Source: Candidatus Kapaibacterium sp. (GTDB lineage Bacteria; Bacteroidota; Ignavibacteria; Kapaibacteriales; UBA2268). From it: a DNA stretch of 64,000 bases. Where the stretch lies: contig OY761611.1 of NCBI GenBank assembly GCA_963664875.1, positions 768,001 to 832,000 on the forward strand, in the 5' to 3' direction. The position numbers and the translations under genes are program-made. Within the stretch, counting starts at the first letter, position 1; the number at the start of each line of letters is the position of its first letter. The notes below the pieces were generated by a model. That model was not told the DNA's origin. It saw nothing but the letters and a program-made list of their open reading frames with translations, and searched no databases. This document shows positions 39,583-49,286 of this stretch, one piece after another.

Positions 39583-40807
39583 AAAAGAATATCTTACTCC
39601 TTCTGAAAAGATTTCTGCTTTTTTGGATGGTGAGTTGCCGCAGGAAGATGTTCAATCGCTCTTTTATGAGATTGCTTCAGATTCTGAGCTTCAAGACGAA
39701 CTTAGAACTTTGGTATCTGTAAAAGAAATGACTAAAAGCAGCTTAATAATGCCTCCTCCGGCACTAAAAACCAACATAGATGCAGGTTTAGGACTAATTG
39801 ATAGTACTCCTACAGCAGTAGCGACAAATTCCGGCAGAGGCTTAGTTCCATTTCTAAATAACAAATTTTTCCTATCAGGAATGGCAGCACTGTTTTCTGC
39901 TCTTTTGACCTATTTTATAATGTTACCTGAAGAAAATATTGTAGCTAATTCTCAAATTGCCAAAACAGAGATTACTCAAAATACTGAAGCTAATTCAACT
40001 AAAAAAAATGCGGCTTTTCCGGTTATTAGCTCTTTTGAATCAAGTAAATCAACTGAAAACTCAAATAACTCCGGCAATAATGTAAATAATCGTATTGTTT
40101 ATATCAATACTCCTTTTAAATCAGACTCAGATATAATTACTGATAGTGATTTAGTTTTGACGGAAAAACAAACATCAGAAAGCGAATTAGATAATTCTTT
40201 ATCAGAAATTTATATTTCAAATCCTGTAAATTCAGATTTTAGCGTGGATTTTGAACTTCAAAATTCAAAGTATAAGTACAACAAGCCTTTGTCTAACAGG
40301 AAAGCTCCTCTTGAAATTCTTGAAAAATTTTATCTTGAAATGAAATATAATCAGGGCAGGTCTTATCCTGATTTGAATATACCGGTAGAAACTGAACCTA
40401 TTATCAACAATGTTGCTATCGGTTTGTTTTACAGGTACAACGAAAACAATTCTATCGGAATTGAATTCGGTCAGGAGAATTACTATCAACGTTATTTCTT
40501 TAAAGAAGGTGACTTAGTTAAAAGGTACGAACAAAACTGGATGGCGTTTTGGGGCGGCTTGACTTATAATTATGATTTTGGAAAAGTTGATTTTGTAGCA
40601 CCGCTTCATCCATATTACAGATTTATGATTGGTGGAACTCAGATTGGTCCTTTATTCAAATCATCAATCGGAGCTAAACTACCCGTTTCTGATAAGCTAT
40701 ACTTTGTATTGGCGGCAGAAGGTTCTTATCTTGTATATCATTTCCAGGGAAGAAGCTATTCTTCTTCGAGAGTTGGTTTATCTTTAGGTATGTCATTTGG
40801 ATTATAG
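39575..40807 (+). CDS. Anti-sigma factor with a TM helix, low-complexity linker and C-terminal outer-membrane beta-barrel
   Basis: ISAFLDGEL anti-sigma N-domain overlapping the sigma stop; one TM; S/N-rich linker; amphipathic beta strands ending VGLSLGMSFGL. Confidence 0.7.
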   Translation: MFEKEYLTPSEKISAFLDGELPQEDVQSLFYEIASDSELQDELRTLVSVKEMTKSSLIMPPPALKTNIDAGLGLIDSTPTAVATNSGRGLVPFLNNKFFLSGMAALFSALLTYFIMLPEENIVANSQIAKTEITQNTEANSTKKNAAFPVISSFESSKSTENSNNSGNNVNNRIVYINTPFKSDSDIITDSDLVLTEKQTSESELDNSLSEIYISNPVNSDFSVDFELQNSKYKYNKPLSNRKAPLEILEKFYLEMKYNQGRSYPDLNIPVETEPIINNVAIGLFYRYNENNSIGIEFGQENYYQRYFFKEGDLVKRYEQNWMAFWGGLTYNYDFGKVDFVAPLHPYYRFMIGGTQIGPLFKSSIGAKLPVSDKLYFVLAAEGSYLVYHFQGRSYSSSRVGLSLGMSFGL

Positions 40808-41563
40808 ATGAGAAAAACCATAAACATATTTCTGTCATTGATGATAATCGGATTTGTGGCTTGTACTTCTCCGCTTGATGTCCCTGCAAACCGAGAGGAA
40901 TATATTGACAATGCAAAAAGCAATTCTTTGCTTAATATAACTCCCACTACGCTCAATTTTGGCTATATCAATCTCTATGAAGAAGCTAAAATGCCATTTC
41001 AAATGACAAATATGAATACTTACGCTTACAAGCTGACTTCGCTGAACTTCGGGAAAAATACTAAGTTTTTTTTATATGATCTTGATTTGCCTATAGAAAT
41101 TGACAAAAAGGACACTCCAGGCTCAATCCAGCTGTTTCATGTAAGGTTTGCCCCTTTTTCTATTGGCGAGTTTTCTGACACTCTTGAAACAAATGGACTG
41201 ACAAATCCCAAGCTGATAGTACAGGCAATCGTTCCACATATTTTTGTTACAGACTTAAATTTTGGAACTATCTATGCCGGCGACAGCACAAGTAGAAATA
41301 TTATGGTTTATAATTACAGTGGCGAAAAAATTTCTGTAAAAGAGATTAAGTTTCATGACCAGGATGGTGTTTTTTACTGCAATTCCTATTTTGACACCGA
41401 AATAGATTTATTCGAAAAAACAGGAAAGCCGCTCGAAATCCCTATTACCTTTTATTCTACCAAAGAAAGCATCTTTAATGCCAGCTTAGAAATAATATTT
41501 GAACAAAGTCTAAGCGGAAAGCTGATTAAAAATACTGCAATTTTGGAAGCTGCTGCATTTTAA
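40808..41563 (+). CDS. Lipoprotein with two Ig-like (ASH/choice-of-anchor D-like) domains
   Basis: Lipobox FVAC; PTTLNFG..VRFAP..G.FSDTL and DLNFGTI..ITF. Confidence 0.6.
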   Translation: MRKTINIFLSLMIIGFVACTSPLDVPANREEYIDNAKSNSLLNITPTTLNFGYINLYEEAKMPFQMTNMNTYAYKLTSLNFGKNTKFFLYDLDLPIEIDKKDTPGSIQLFHVRFAPFSIGEFSDTLETNGLTNPKLIVQAIVPHIFVTDLNFGTIYAGDSTSRNIMVYNYSGEKISVKEIKFHDQDGVFYCNSYFDTEIDLFEKTGKPLEIPITFYSTKESIFNASLEIIFEQSLSGKLIKNTAILEAAAF

Positions 41564-44151
41564 AACGGGAAACCCCAGCTAAAATAGAAAGAGTTCACCT
41601 CCCCACCTAAGCTGTAATAAAACGACAGGACGTTCTCGTCATCTACAAAAGTGAAAAATGCACCAATACCATAGGCATCATAATAGTCCGAGGCTAAGCT
41701 GTCAAAATAGTATCTTCCACGGTCATAAAATGCAGTAACACCCAAGTTTCCGGGAACTATGAGTCTATATCTCAAAAGCTGCACTCTGGATTCTACATTG
41801 ACTCCAATTGCAGTATTGGAAGCAAATCTGTATTTATAATATCCACGGATAGAATTGAGGCCACCAAGAAAAGCTGCGTCAAAAAAAGGATAAGATCCAA
41901 TGTTGTGCGAACCGTATAATTTAATAGCAAATGTCTCTTTTTTGTGAAATTTTGTAGTATAAAAGGCTCTGAAGTCAAAAGCAAAATTGCCGTAATCGTA
42001 TTCATTATCGAGCAACTTACTTGTGTATCTGTCTTCAACTTTGGCATAAATGCCGGACTCGGGATATAAAGTATTATTGCGGTAATCAGCTTCAATACCA
42101 ACAACACCATCTAAAAGCCAGAGGTTTTTGCTACCGTAGATTTTGTTATCTGTTACATAAGTTTGAGAAACAGTATCCAAATCTGAAAACCTCAGATTTA
42201 CGCCGGCGTAAATCCTGACATTGTCGCTAAATTGCTCGATGAGTTTCAGATTCGAAAAAAACATAGTTTGATCTATCTTATAATAATTTTTTTCAAAATC
42301 ATCTATTGATTCTGACTGATTTGCATAGCCATAGAAATGAGATTGGTCTAATTCTGAGATATAGCTTCGAAATTCCAAATCTAATCCTAAAACACTACCG
42401 GGCAGAGACAAGCTATATTCTGCTTTGGCTCCATTTAGACCGAAAGAATAACCGGCAAAGAGATGTTGTCTGATTTGATATGGTTTTTTACCTAAATCAA
42501 ATTTATACAAAATAGGTCCGCCCCCCAAAAACAATCCATCATCGGAATTGAAGTCGAACCAAACTCCCTTTTTCCAATCATGCCCCCAATCTCTAACAGG
42601 TGGTTCGAAAAACTCTTCAGGATTATCAGATGTTTCAAGTTTTTTGTCTTTATATACCGATATGCCGGAGAGTTCTGTATCAGTTCTTTTCCCTTCATCC
42701 CAAAATTCAACAAGCTTTGAAGTATAACTAATCCCTAAAAAGTCATGTCGAATGTTTGAGATATCCTTGTAAGTATCCTTACCTTTCCCACCTAATATTC
42801 TGAACTTAATATTTGCACGACCTGTACCGTTAACAATGCACTTGTCATCGCCATCGAATAAAAATATCCTAACATCTTTTGTTTCCCTATCATTAAAGGA
42901 ACGATCAATAAAAGGTGTAGGATTGTCACTTTTTTCAAAATCTTTTGTTTTATATATCTTTACATTGACTATCGAATCATTAAGAAAATAGATAATACAC
43001 TTCTCTGATTTGTCAGAGCACCACAACTCAGGATATTTTGCTATTTCAAGGTAATATTCATTTGAAGCTGCAATAAGACTATCTCTTCGATGTTGCATAA
43101 TACCCAGCAACTCCTGCGATGATTGCTCAAACATTTGAGTCGGTAAAATAGAAAGAGATTCATGAAATACTGAATCTGTCAATCTACTATAAACAAATGC
43201 TGAAACTGAATCCCAGATATTTTTATCAATATTTGTCAAAAACTTTCTGTCTAAATATCTACCCGACCAGGTCAAATCAGACATTTTCGGATATAATTCG
43301 TCGCATGATTCGATTTGTGGTACAATTTCTCTGATACCAAAACCCACCAAACCATCGTATCTGCAAAACGCCTGATCTCTGTCGCGGGGAATAGGTTTTA
43401 TAAAGTTCTTTTTACCGCTTTTGTATAATGCCCATCTCCATTGATCAGTGTGTCTATCCCAATCACCCAGAAAAATATCTATTAGTCTGGCTTTCAAAAA
43501 CTCAATGTCATCAACTTGATTGTCATTATCTTCCATCAATTTTTCGAAAAGCTTATAAGTTCCAAATATTTTGTCAGCATCTCCAAATGATTCGATATTG
43601 GCTTGTTGCAAATCATCCGGGTGCAATTCGAGTGTGCCGAGCAGTCCCTGGAACTCTTCGTAGTATTCACCGAGAGCAATTGAATCGTCGGGCATTACAA
43701 AAACATAAGGCTTAGCTTGCAAAATATCAACTGCATTCACAATAGGAGTAGCCATTTTCGCAGATAATGGATGGGAAGCACTGAACATATCTTTTGTCAG
43801 AACTTCGATAATAGTGTTTAGTAATTCCTTGTCTAATATTTTATCTGTAAATTTTTCTATCGATCGAAATTTATAAACTTTTCCGTCATTGCCCTGCAAT
43901 CTTAAGGATTTTGTTTGCTGACCTCCCCCACGGACAATAGGAGTAAGTCCTCCCGCAAATGAGTTCAAATCCAGAATAGGAACTTTGATTTCAGTTGCCC
44001 ACGCTGAACGCCATGTGTCTCCAAAAACAAATCTATGATGAGCAGGTTTGTCAAAAATTTTACCGGGGACAACCGCTACACTATCTGTTTGAGCCTTAGC
44101 TGTAACACAAATGCAAAAAAGTATCAATAAGATTGTGTTTGTGTATTTCAT
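41560..44151 (-). CDS. Omp85/BamA-TamA family outer-membrane protein with an N-terminal kinase-like domain
   Basis: GGGQQTKSLRL, FRSIEK, DIFLGDWDRH, PIPRDRDQAF; barrel motif LGGLNSIRGY..RF, terminal Phe. Confidence 0.8.
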   Translation of the reverse strand: MKYTNTILLILFCICVTAKAQTDSVAVVPGKIFDKPAHHRFVFGDTWRSAWATEIKVPILDLNSFAGGLTPIVRGGGQQTKSLRLQGNDGKVYKFRSIEKFTDKILDKELLNTIIEVLTKDMFSASHPLSAKMATPIVNAVDILQAKPYVFVMPDDSIALGEYYEEFQGLLGTLELHPDDLQQANIESFGDADKIFGTYKLFEKLMEDNDNQVDDIEFLKARLIDIFLGDWDRHTDQWRWALYKSGKKNFIKPIPRDRDQAFCRYDGLVGFGIREIVPQIESCDELYPKMSDLTWSGRYLDRKFLTNIDKNIWDSVSAFVYSRLTDSVFHESLSILPTQMFEQSSQELLGIMQHRRDSLIAASNEYYLEIAKYPELWCSDKSEKCIIYFLNDSIVNVKIYKTKDFEKSDNPTPFIDRSFNDRETKDVRIFLFDGDDKCIVNGTGRANIKFRILGGKGKDTYKDISNIRHDFLGISYTSKLVEFWDEGKRTDTELSGISVYKDKKLETSDNPEEFFEPPVRDWGHDWKKGVWFDFNSDDGLFLGGGPILYKFDLGKKPYQIRQHLFAGYSFGLNGAKAEYSLSLPGSVLGLDLEFRSYISELDQSHFYGYANQSESIDDFEKNYYKIDQTMFFSNLKLIEQFSDNVRIYAGVNLRFSDLDTVSQTYVTDNKIYGSKNLWLLDGVVGIEADYRNNTLYPESGIYAKVEDRYTSKLLDNEYDYGNFAFDFRAFYTTKFHKKETFAIKLYGSHNIGSYPFFDAAFLGGLNSIRGYYKYRFASNTAIGVNVESRVQLLRYRLIVPGNLGVTAFYDRGRYYFDSLASDYYDAYGIGAFFTFVDDENVLSFYYSLGGEVNSFYFSWGFPF

Positions 44152-44153
44152 GC

Positions 44154-44552
44154 TTATTTATTCTCAATATTGCTATTTATTGAAAAGATAGAGTTTAGGA
44201 TGCATTTGCGAACAACGATTGTAACTAATAAGTGCAAAAAAGCAATGGGTGTAACTACAAGAGATATAACTCTGTGCATATCTGCCGGCATTAGATAAAT
44301 GCTAATCGGCACAGTCATTGCAATCAACCCTCCTACTACATTCTTTCTTCCAAACACTAAACCCCAAGCTAAAGCAATAGTACCAAACAGTGATATTTGT
44401 AAAAGCAATATCCTGTGGTATGCATCATTCAAGCCTACTGCCGGTAAAGAAAAGACAAAAAGAATAATCAAAGCTAAAGAGGCAATTATTCTCGACTGTA
44501 AATCATTATGATCTAAGCCTACATTTCGCTCTTTCGGAATAAATCTATTCAT
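44154..44552 (-). CDS. Small membrane protein, DUF2892/YgaP-like termini
   Basis: RNVG..D..RII N-terminus, RKCILNSIFSINS C-terminus, about 4 TMs; ATG overlaps the upstream stop. Confidence 0.55.
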   Translation of the reverse strand: MNRFIPKERNVGLDHNDLQSRIIASLALIILFVFSLPAVGLNDAYHRILLLQISLFGTIALAWGLVFGRKNVVGGLIAMTVPISIYLMPADMHRVISLVVTPIAFLHLLVTIVVRKCILNSIFSINSNIENK

Positions 44553-45516
44553 CGCTGCCCTCTCCGAAAGATAATTTGTTTTTAGAGCTCCTAATTCTTT
44601 GGAATTTCCATAACAAAATGGTATCAGATTTATCTTCAAGTTGCTTATAAAGTATCATATCTCCTTCTTTTTCGATTTCTTTGAACAAAACGATACTTTT
44701 ATATATGTTTTCGTAGCTATTTAACTTTTCGACACTATAAAATTCCCAATTATCGAGATATTTATCAAATTGCTTAGTAATGGAAGGTAAAAACTCCATA
44801 TCTCGAGATATGATTATCAAGGCACTTTTGAACTTTTTCCCAATATTATCTCTGTCTATGTTTAATCCCGCCATTTTAAGTGTAGTATTTATTTCTGCTT
44901 TTTCGTTTTCAGAGACGCCTTTTTTACTTGAAGTTACGACATCACCTACTTTCCATTTCCAAAGAAGCAGGTATATCATATTGATAAAGAGAGACATAAC
45001 TATTGCAATATGAGGAATATTCAGACCGTTGGAGACACCTATGGCAATAGAAAGAAAAATGTATGTTGCATCTTGAATATCTTTTACCGCAACGCGATAA
45101 CGAACCGCTGACAGTATAGCGACAAGTCCGAATGCACGAGCTAAACTATCCTGAACAACCATCATTACTCCGGTCACAATCACGGCAAGGAGAATAATCG
45201 CCTGCACATTTGATTCGTCAAATCCTTTCTCAGCTTTTGTTATTACATATACCCATGCAACAGGCAATACGTAAGTAAAAGTAGCTATCAAAGCAAGCAC
45301 AGTAACTATCACTTGATCAGTATGCGTCTTGATATTCATTCCTTTCATTACCAATTCGTAAAATTTTTCGAACTGACTAACCTGAAAAGAATCATAGTAT
45401 TCTATAGCCATTTGTCTGAAAATCAGTATCCCAATAGCTATCAGAATATAATAAGCTATCAACTTTGTTACGGACGATTCTCTGATTTTGCCCAACTGTT
45501 CTGATATTTTGAACAT
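44545..45516 (-). CDS. DUF4956 domain membrane protein
   Basis: SLARAFGLVAILSAVRYR..KD..D..YIFLSIAIG...G. Confidence 0.85.
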   Translation of the reverse strand: MFKISEQLGKIRESSVTKLIAYYILIAIGILIFRQMAIEYYDSFQVSQFEKFYELVMKGMNIKTHTDQVIVTVLALIATFTYVLPVAWVYVITKAEKGFDESNVQAIILLAVIVTGVMMVVQDSLARAFGLVAILSAVRYRVAVKDIQDATYIFLSIAIGVSNGLNIPHIAIVMSLFINMIYLLLWKWKVGDVVTSSKKGVSENEKAEINTTLKMAGLNIDRDNIGKKFKSALIIISRDMEFLPSITKQFDKYLDNWEFYSVEKLNSYENIYKSIVLFKEIEKEGDMILYKQLEDKSDTILLWKFQRIRSSKNKLSFGEGSDE

Positions 45517-45860
45517 TTTGCACTCTTAGTATATTTTAATTATTATGTTGTTTTTCATGTATATTGCTTTTATATTATTTATTTATAAACTACTTTATAG
45601 TAGTATAGCTTGAAATCTTGATTATAATAGGAGATTTAGCTCTTATTTAAATACCAATAAATTGTTTGAATTTCGGAGATTTTAATCATTTCTACATTTT
45701 TAAATTATCCGAACGACTGTTAGAATATATTTACACAAATATATAAAAAGACTTCTTTTTATATAGCACTTTTTTTTTTAATTTGTTTTTAGGATATGCT
45801 AAACAATTTACCTGTTAGGATAGTAATATCAGTATATATTACAAAATAGTATCAATCTTA

Positions 45861-46190
45861 TTGGCAATCAGTATATCACTGGTCTTCATTAACTTTTCTG
45901 TCAATGGTCACTACCATCGCACAGCTGAAGGGCAGCTGATTTTTCACTCGCACTTTTCCGATCAGGATACGGGAAATCATAATCCAATTGGAAATCATAA
46001 TCACACTCAAGAAGAGCTTCTGAGGTTTGATAAATTGACTCACCCTAACTTCCTTTTAGCTGTCATATTTCTTATCCTTTCAATCTTGACTCCTATAGTT
46101 AGATTTTATACGCATAAGATTATCAATATCTACAAATCTCCTGATTTTTATCTGTATTTCCATCTTCGGGCACCTCCTACTGCTTGTTAA
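45861..46190 (+). CDS. His-rich leader/uORF ending in RAPP (DUF2946/CruR-like putative arrest peptide)
   Basis: Hydrophobic N-terminus, HYH..HSH..NHNHT, second hydrophobic segment, RAPP at 46167-46178; start codon uncertain. Confidence 0.75.
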   Translation: MAISISLVFINFSVNGHYHRTAEGQLIFHSHFSDQDTGNHNPIGNHNHTQEELLRFDKLTHPNFLLAVIFLILSILTPIVRFYTHKIINIYKSPDFYLYFHLRAPPTAC

Positions 46191-46311
46191 GCGCTTCATT
46201 CTAATATCTATTCCAACAATTTGAATTTAACATTTGGAGATGGTAATGACTTATTATCGACTCCTTATCTAATATTTGATTTTTATTATTCGTAATATAA
46301 AAGGATAAACT

Positions 46312-48705
46312 ATGTATATACGTAGCTTGGTAACTATCGTATGTTTAATGTTTGTATTTACGTCTGCATCTTTTGCAGCAAAAAACACAAAAAACAATAC
46401 TTCTGCAGCAGCTGTTTCGGCAGAGCTAAGAAACAAACTATACCGCATTCATGGTACTGTCTTAACTGAAGACGGCAAACCTGCAATCGGTGCTACTGTG
46501 ATTATCAAAAATACAACACTTGGATGCAAAGTTGATACTAAGGGGGAATTTTATCTGAAGAATGTCCCGTATGGAGTGCACACTCTGCAAATTACTTCTG
46601 TAGGCAAAGAAGCATTGGAACAGGAAGTTGTAGTAAACGATGCTCTTGCTGACGAAGTACATGCAAGTTTTACTATGAAAGAAACAGCTGTTCGTACAGG
46701 TAGTGTAGTAGTAACCGCTACAAGAACTGATAAAATTTATCAGGATGTCCCGGTCAAAGTTTCTGTTTTAGAGTCTCAGGTATTCGAAAACACACAATCG
46801 TCAAATATATTTGATGGTGTCAAATTTCAACCCGGCTTACGTGTTGAAAATATGTGTCAAAACTGTGGTTTTGCCGAAATTAAATTAAATGGTCTGCAAG
46901 GAAGATACTCACAGATTCTCATTGACAGTCGCCCAGTTTTTTCTGCTTTAAATGGTGTATATGGTTTAGAGCAAATACCTGCCAACATGATAGAAAGAGT
47001 TGAAGTTGTAAGAGGTGGTGGCTCTGCTCTTTACGGTGGCTCTGCTGTGGGAGGTGTTGTCAATATTATAACAAAAGACCCGGTAGAAAACACTATGAGT
47101 GCTATGATTACTCAGTCTTTTACAGATTTGAAAGTACCCGATTTTGTTGCACAAATGAATGCATCTGTGATAAACGCAAATCAGGATTTAGGTTTGTTTG
47201 TTTTTGGTCTTTATCGAGACAGAAAACATTGGGATGCAAATGGAGATAATTTCTCAGAGATTTGCGACCTGACTATGAACACGTTTGGCAGCCGTTTGTT
47301 TTATAAGCCTGATCATTTGAGCAAACTCTCTTTAGAATTTCATGCTATTAAAGACGACAGACGTGGTGGTGACAGATTCGATTTGCCACCTCATAGATCA
47401 AACATCACCGAAAGTGCGAGACACAATACTATATCAGGTGGCATTACCTATGACAAGTTTTTTGCAGGTACTTCTAACAAGGTGTCTTTATATACTTCAT
47501 TCCAGCAGACTACAAGAAATACATTTTATGGTGCAAAAGAAGAGATGGATTCAGACGAATTTGTAGATGCATACGGTTCCACAGAAAATGTAACTTATGT
47601 TACCGGAGTTCAATATACTCATACACTAATGCTTGCAGGAAGCCATGTATGGACAGTTGGATATGAATTGACTTATGATGATATCTTGGACAAAGCCCCT
47701 GCTTACGACAGGACTATCGACCAATTTGCAAGAGATCACGGTATTTATATTCAAGACGATTGGGCTATTACAGATGATTTTTCTTTCTTGTTTGGTTCAA
47801 GGTTCGATAAGCATAGTTTTATAGATGATATGGTGATAAGCCCAAGAGCTAATATCATGTACAAGTTGATGCAAGACATGAATTTGAGAGCTACATTTTC
47901 CACAGGCTTTCGCTCACCACAGACTTTCGACGAAGATTTACACATCACACAAGTTTCAGGCGAGGCACTAATTCACCTAAATTCTCCGGATTTGAAACCT
48001 GAATACTCTATGAGCTTCGGTACGTCTTTGGATTATACCTTTGAACTTGCTTCTATCCCAACATCAGTTTCGGTCGAGTATTTTAGAACACATCTCGATG
48101 ATGTTTTTGTCAATGTAGCACTGGAAGAAGAAAGCGATCAAGGCTTCATCATAGAAGAAAAACGTAATGGTGGAGGTGCAGTTGTCCAAGGTGCTACATT
48201 TGAGCTCCAGATGCAATTTGACGATGAGATGGATTTTAAAACCGGTTTTACTTTCCAGTCAAGTCAATACGATGATTTCGAAGAATGGAATGAAAATGAA
48301 GTGCTTGAAGGTCAATCTAATAAGACTAAAGATATGATGCGCTCTCCTGACTGGTATGGTTATTTCTCATATAACTGGTCACCTATTCACGAGATTGAGT
48401 TGAATCTATCAGGAATATTGACAGGACCAATGATCATACCTCACTACGCAGGCGGAATTGATGCAGACGGTTTTTTAAACAAGTACGATCAGTTGGAAAA
48501 ATCAAAAGAATTTTTTGAATTAAATGCTCAATTGTCTTTTGAAATTAGCCATGAAAATAACGCGAAAGTGTTTGTAGGTGTACAGAACATACTAAACAGT
48601 TTTCAAGATGATTTTGACAAAGGCTTGGGTAGAGATGCGGGATACATTTACGGACCTACAAGACCAATCACTGTATTTTGCGGTATCAAGACAAGCATTC
48701 AATAA
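46312..48705 (+). CDS. TonB-dependent receptor with an N-terminal carboxypeptidase-like domain
   Basis: VVVTATRT TonB box, ENMCQNCG, IERVEVVRGGGSALYG..GGVVNIITK, YIYGP. Confidence 0.93.
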   Translation: MYIRSLVTIVCLMFVFTSASFAAKNTKNNTSAAAVSAELRNKLYRIHGTVLTEDGKPAIGATVIIKNTTLGCKVDTKGEFYLKNVPYGVHTLQITSVGKEALEQEVVVNDALADEVHASFTMKETAVRTGSVVVTATRTDKIYQDVPVKVSVLESQVFENTQSSNIFDGVKFQPGLRVENMCQNCGFAEIKLNGLQGRYSQILIDSRPVFSALNGVYGLEQIPANMIERVEVVRGGGSALYGGSAVGGVVNIITKDPVENTMSAMITQSFTDLKVPDFVAQMNASVINANQDLGLFVFGLYRDRKHWDANGDNFSEICDLTMNTFGSRLFYKPDHLSKLSLEFHAIKDDRRGGDRFDLPPHRSNITESARHNTISGGITYDKFFAGTSNKVSLYTSFQQTTRNTFYGAKEEMDSDEFVDAYGSTENVTYVTGVQYTHTLMLAGSHVWTVGYELTYDDILDKAPAYDRTIDQFARDHGIYIQDDWAITDDFSFLFGSRFDKHSFIDDMVISPRANIMYKLMQDMNLRATFSTGFRSPQTFDEDLHITQVSGEALIHLNSPDLKPEYSMSFGTSLDYTFELASIPTSVSVEYFRTHLDDVFVNVALEEESDQGFIIEEKRNGGGAVVQGATFELQMQFDDEMDFKTGFTFQSSQYDDFEEWNENEVLEGQSNKTKDMMRSPDWYGYFSYNWSPIHEIELNLSGILTGPMIIPHYAGGIDADGFLNKYDQLEKSKEFFELNAQLSFEISHENNAKVFVGVQNILNSFQDDFDKGLGRDAGYIYGPTRPITVFCGIKTSIQ

Positions 48706-48748
48706 AAAAGCCGCTACACACTATAACTTATAAAGTTAGATTTTGAAC

Positions 48749-48788
48749 AAGAAGCAGGAGCATTGAATAGTAGTGTTCCTGCTTTTTT
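48749..48788 (+). terminator. Intrinsic terminator after the TonB receptor
   Basis: AAGCAGGAGCATT...AGTGTTCCTGCTT followed by a T run. Confidence 0.7.
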
Positions 48789-48887
48789 ATATTCTAGAAA
48801 ATGTAGGTCCTTGATTTGGCTTAAAAATCGTAGATTTATTGCATATGTATATATTATTATAACACACTGTCGCATTTTTGACGCGCA

Positions 48888-49036
48888 AGAGGCTGTCTCA
48901 GAAGTCAAAATGTGAATTATATTCTTGGTATTTGCAAGTTTTACCGACAGCTACACTTCGACTCGCTGTGCTCGCTCAGTGACCTTATGCGGTTACACTT
49001 GTCTAACTCATTGCAACCGCCTGCTTTAGCTGGCGG
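48888..49036. mobile_element. Cluster of REP/IS-end remnants with no transposase
   Basis: GAGGCTGTCTCAGAAGT (IS-TIR-like), CACTTCGACTCGCTGTGCTCGCTCAGTGACC (REP-like), CCGCCTGCTTTAGCTGGCGG (IS200/IS605-end-like hairpin). Confidence 0.45.
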
Positions 49037-49210
49037 CAAGAACAAGTTGGAATTTTTATATATCACAATATTTACAGATTTAAAATGTAAAAAGAGTACT
49101 TACAAGACTGCCCATTCAAACATTGAATATACACGTCATATATTCTACTTAGTCAATAAATTAAGTTACAAGAATTTTGAAGTTTCTATAGATGAATGGA
49201 GATTGAACAC

Positions 49211-49260
49211 CAAAAAAAGGCAGCAGTTATAGTTTTATACTATGAACTGCTACCTTTTTG
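49211..49260 (-). terminator. Terminator for the TsoY-like gene
   Basis: AAAAAGGCAGCAGTT...AACTGCTACCTTTTT. Confidence 0.6.
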
Positions 49261-49286
49261 AGTGAGAGGTTATTAAGGCAAAAATT

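Noticed and set aside
46072-46308. Anti-RBS pairing TTATCCTTT / AAAGGATAA between the leader and the TonB receptor RBS
   Set aside because: A 9-bp AT-rich match about 90 nt upstream of the stall site could easily arise by chance.
48714-49232. Short ORFs 48714-48908 and 48912-49232
   Set aside because: They overlap terminators and repeat remnants and show no recognisable protein features.
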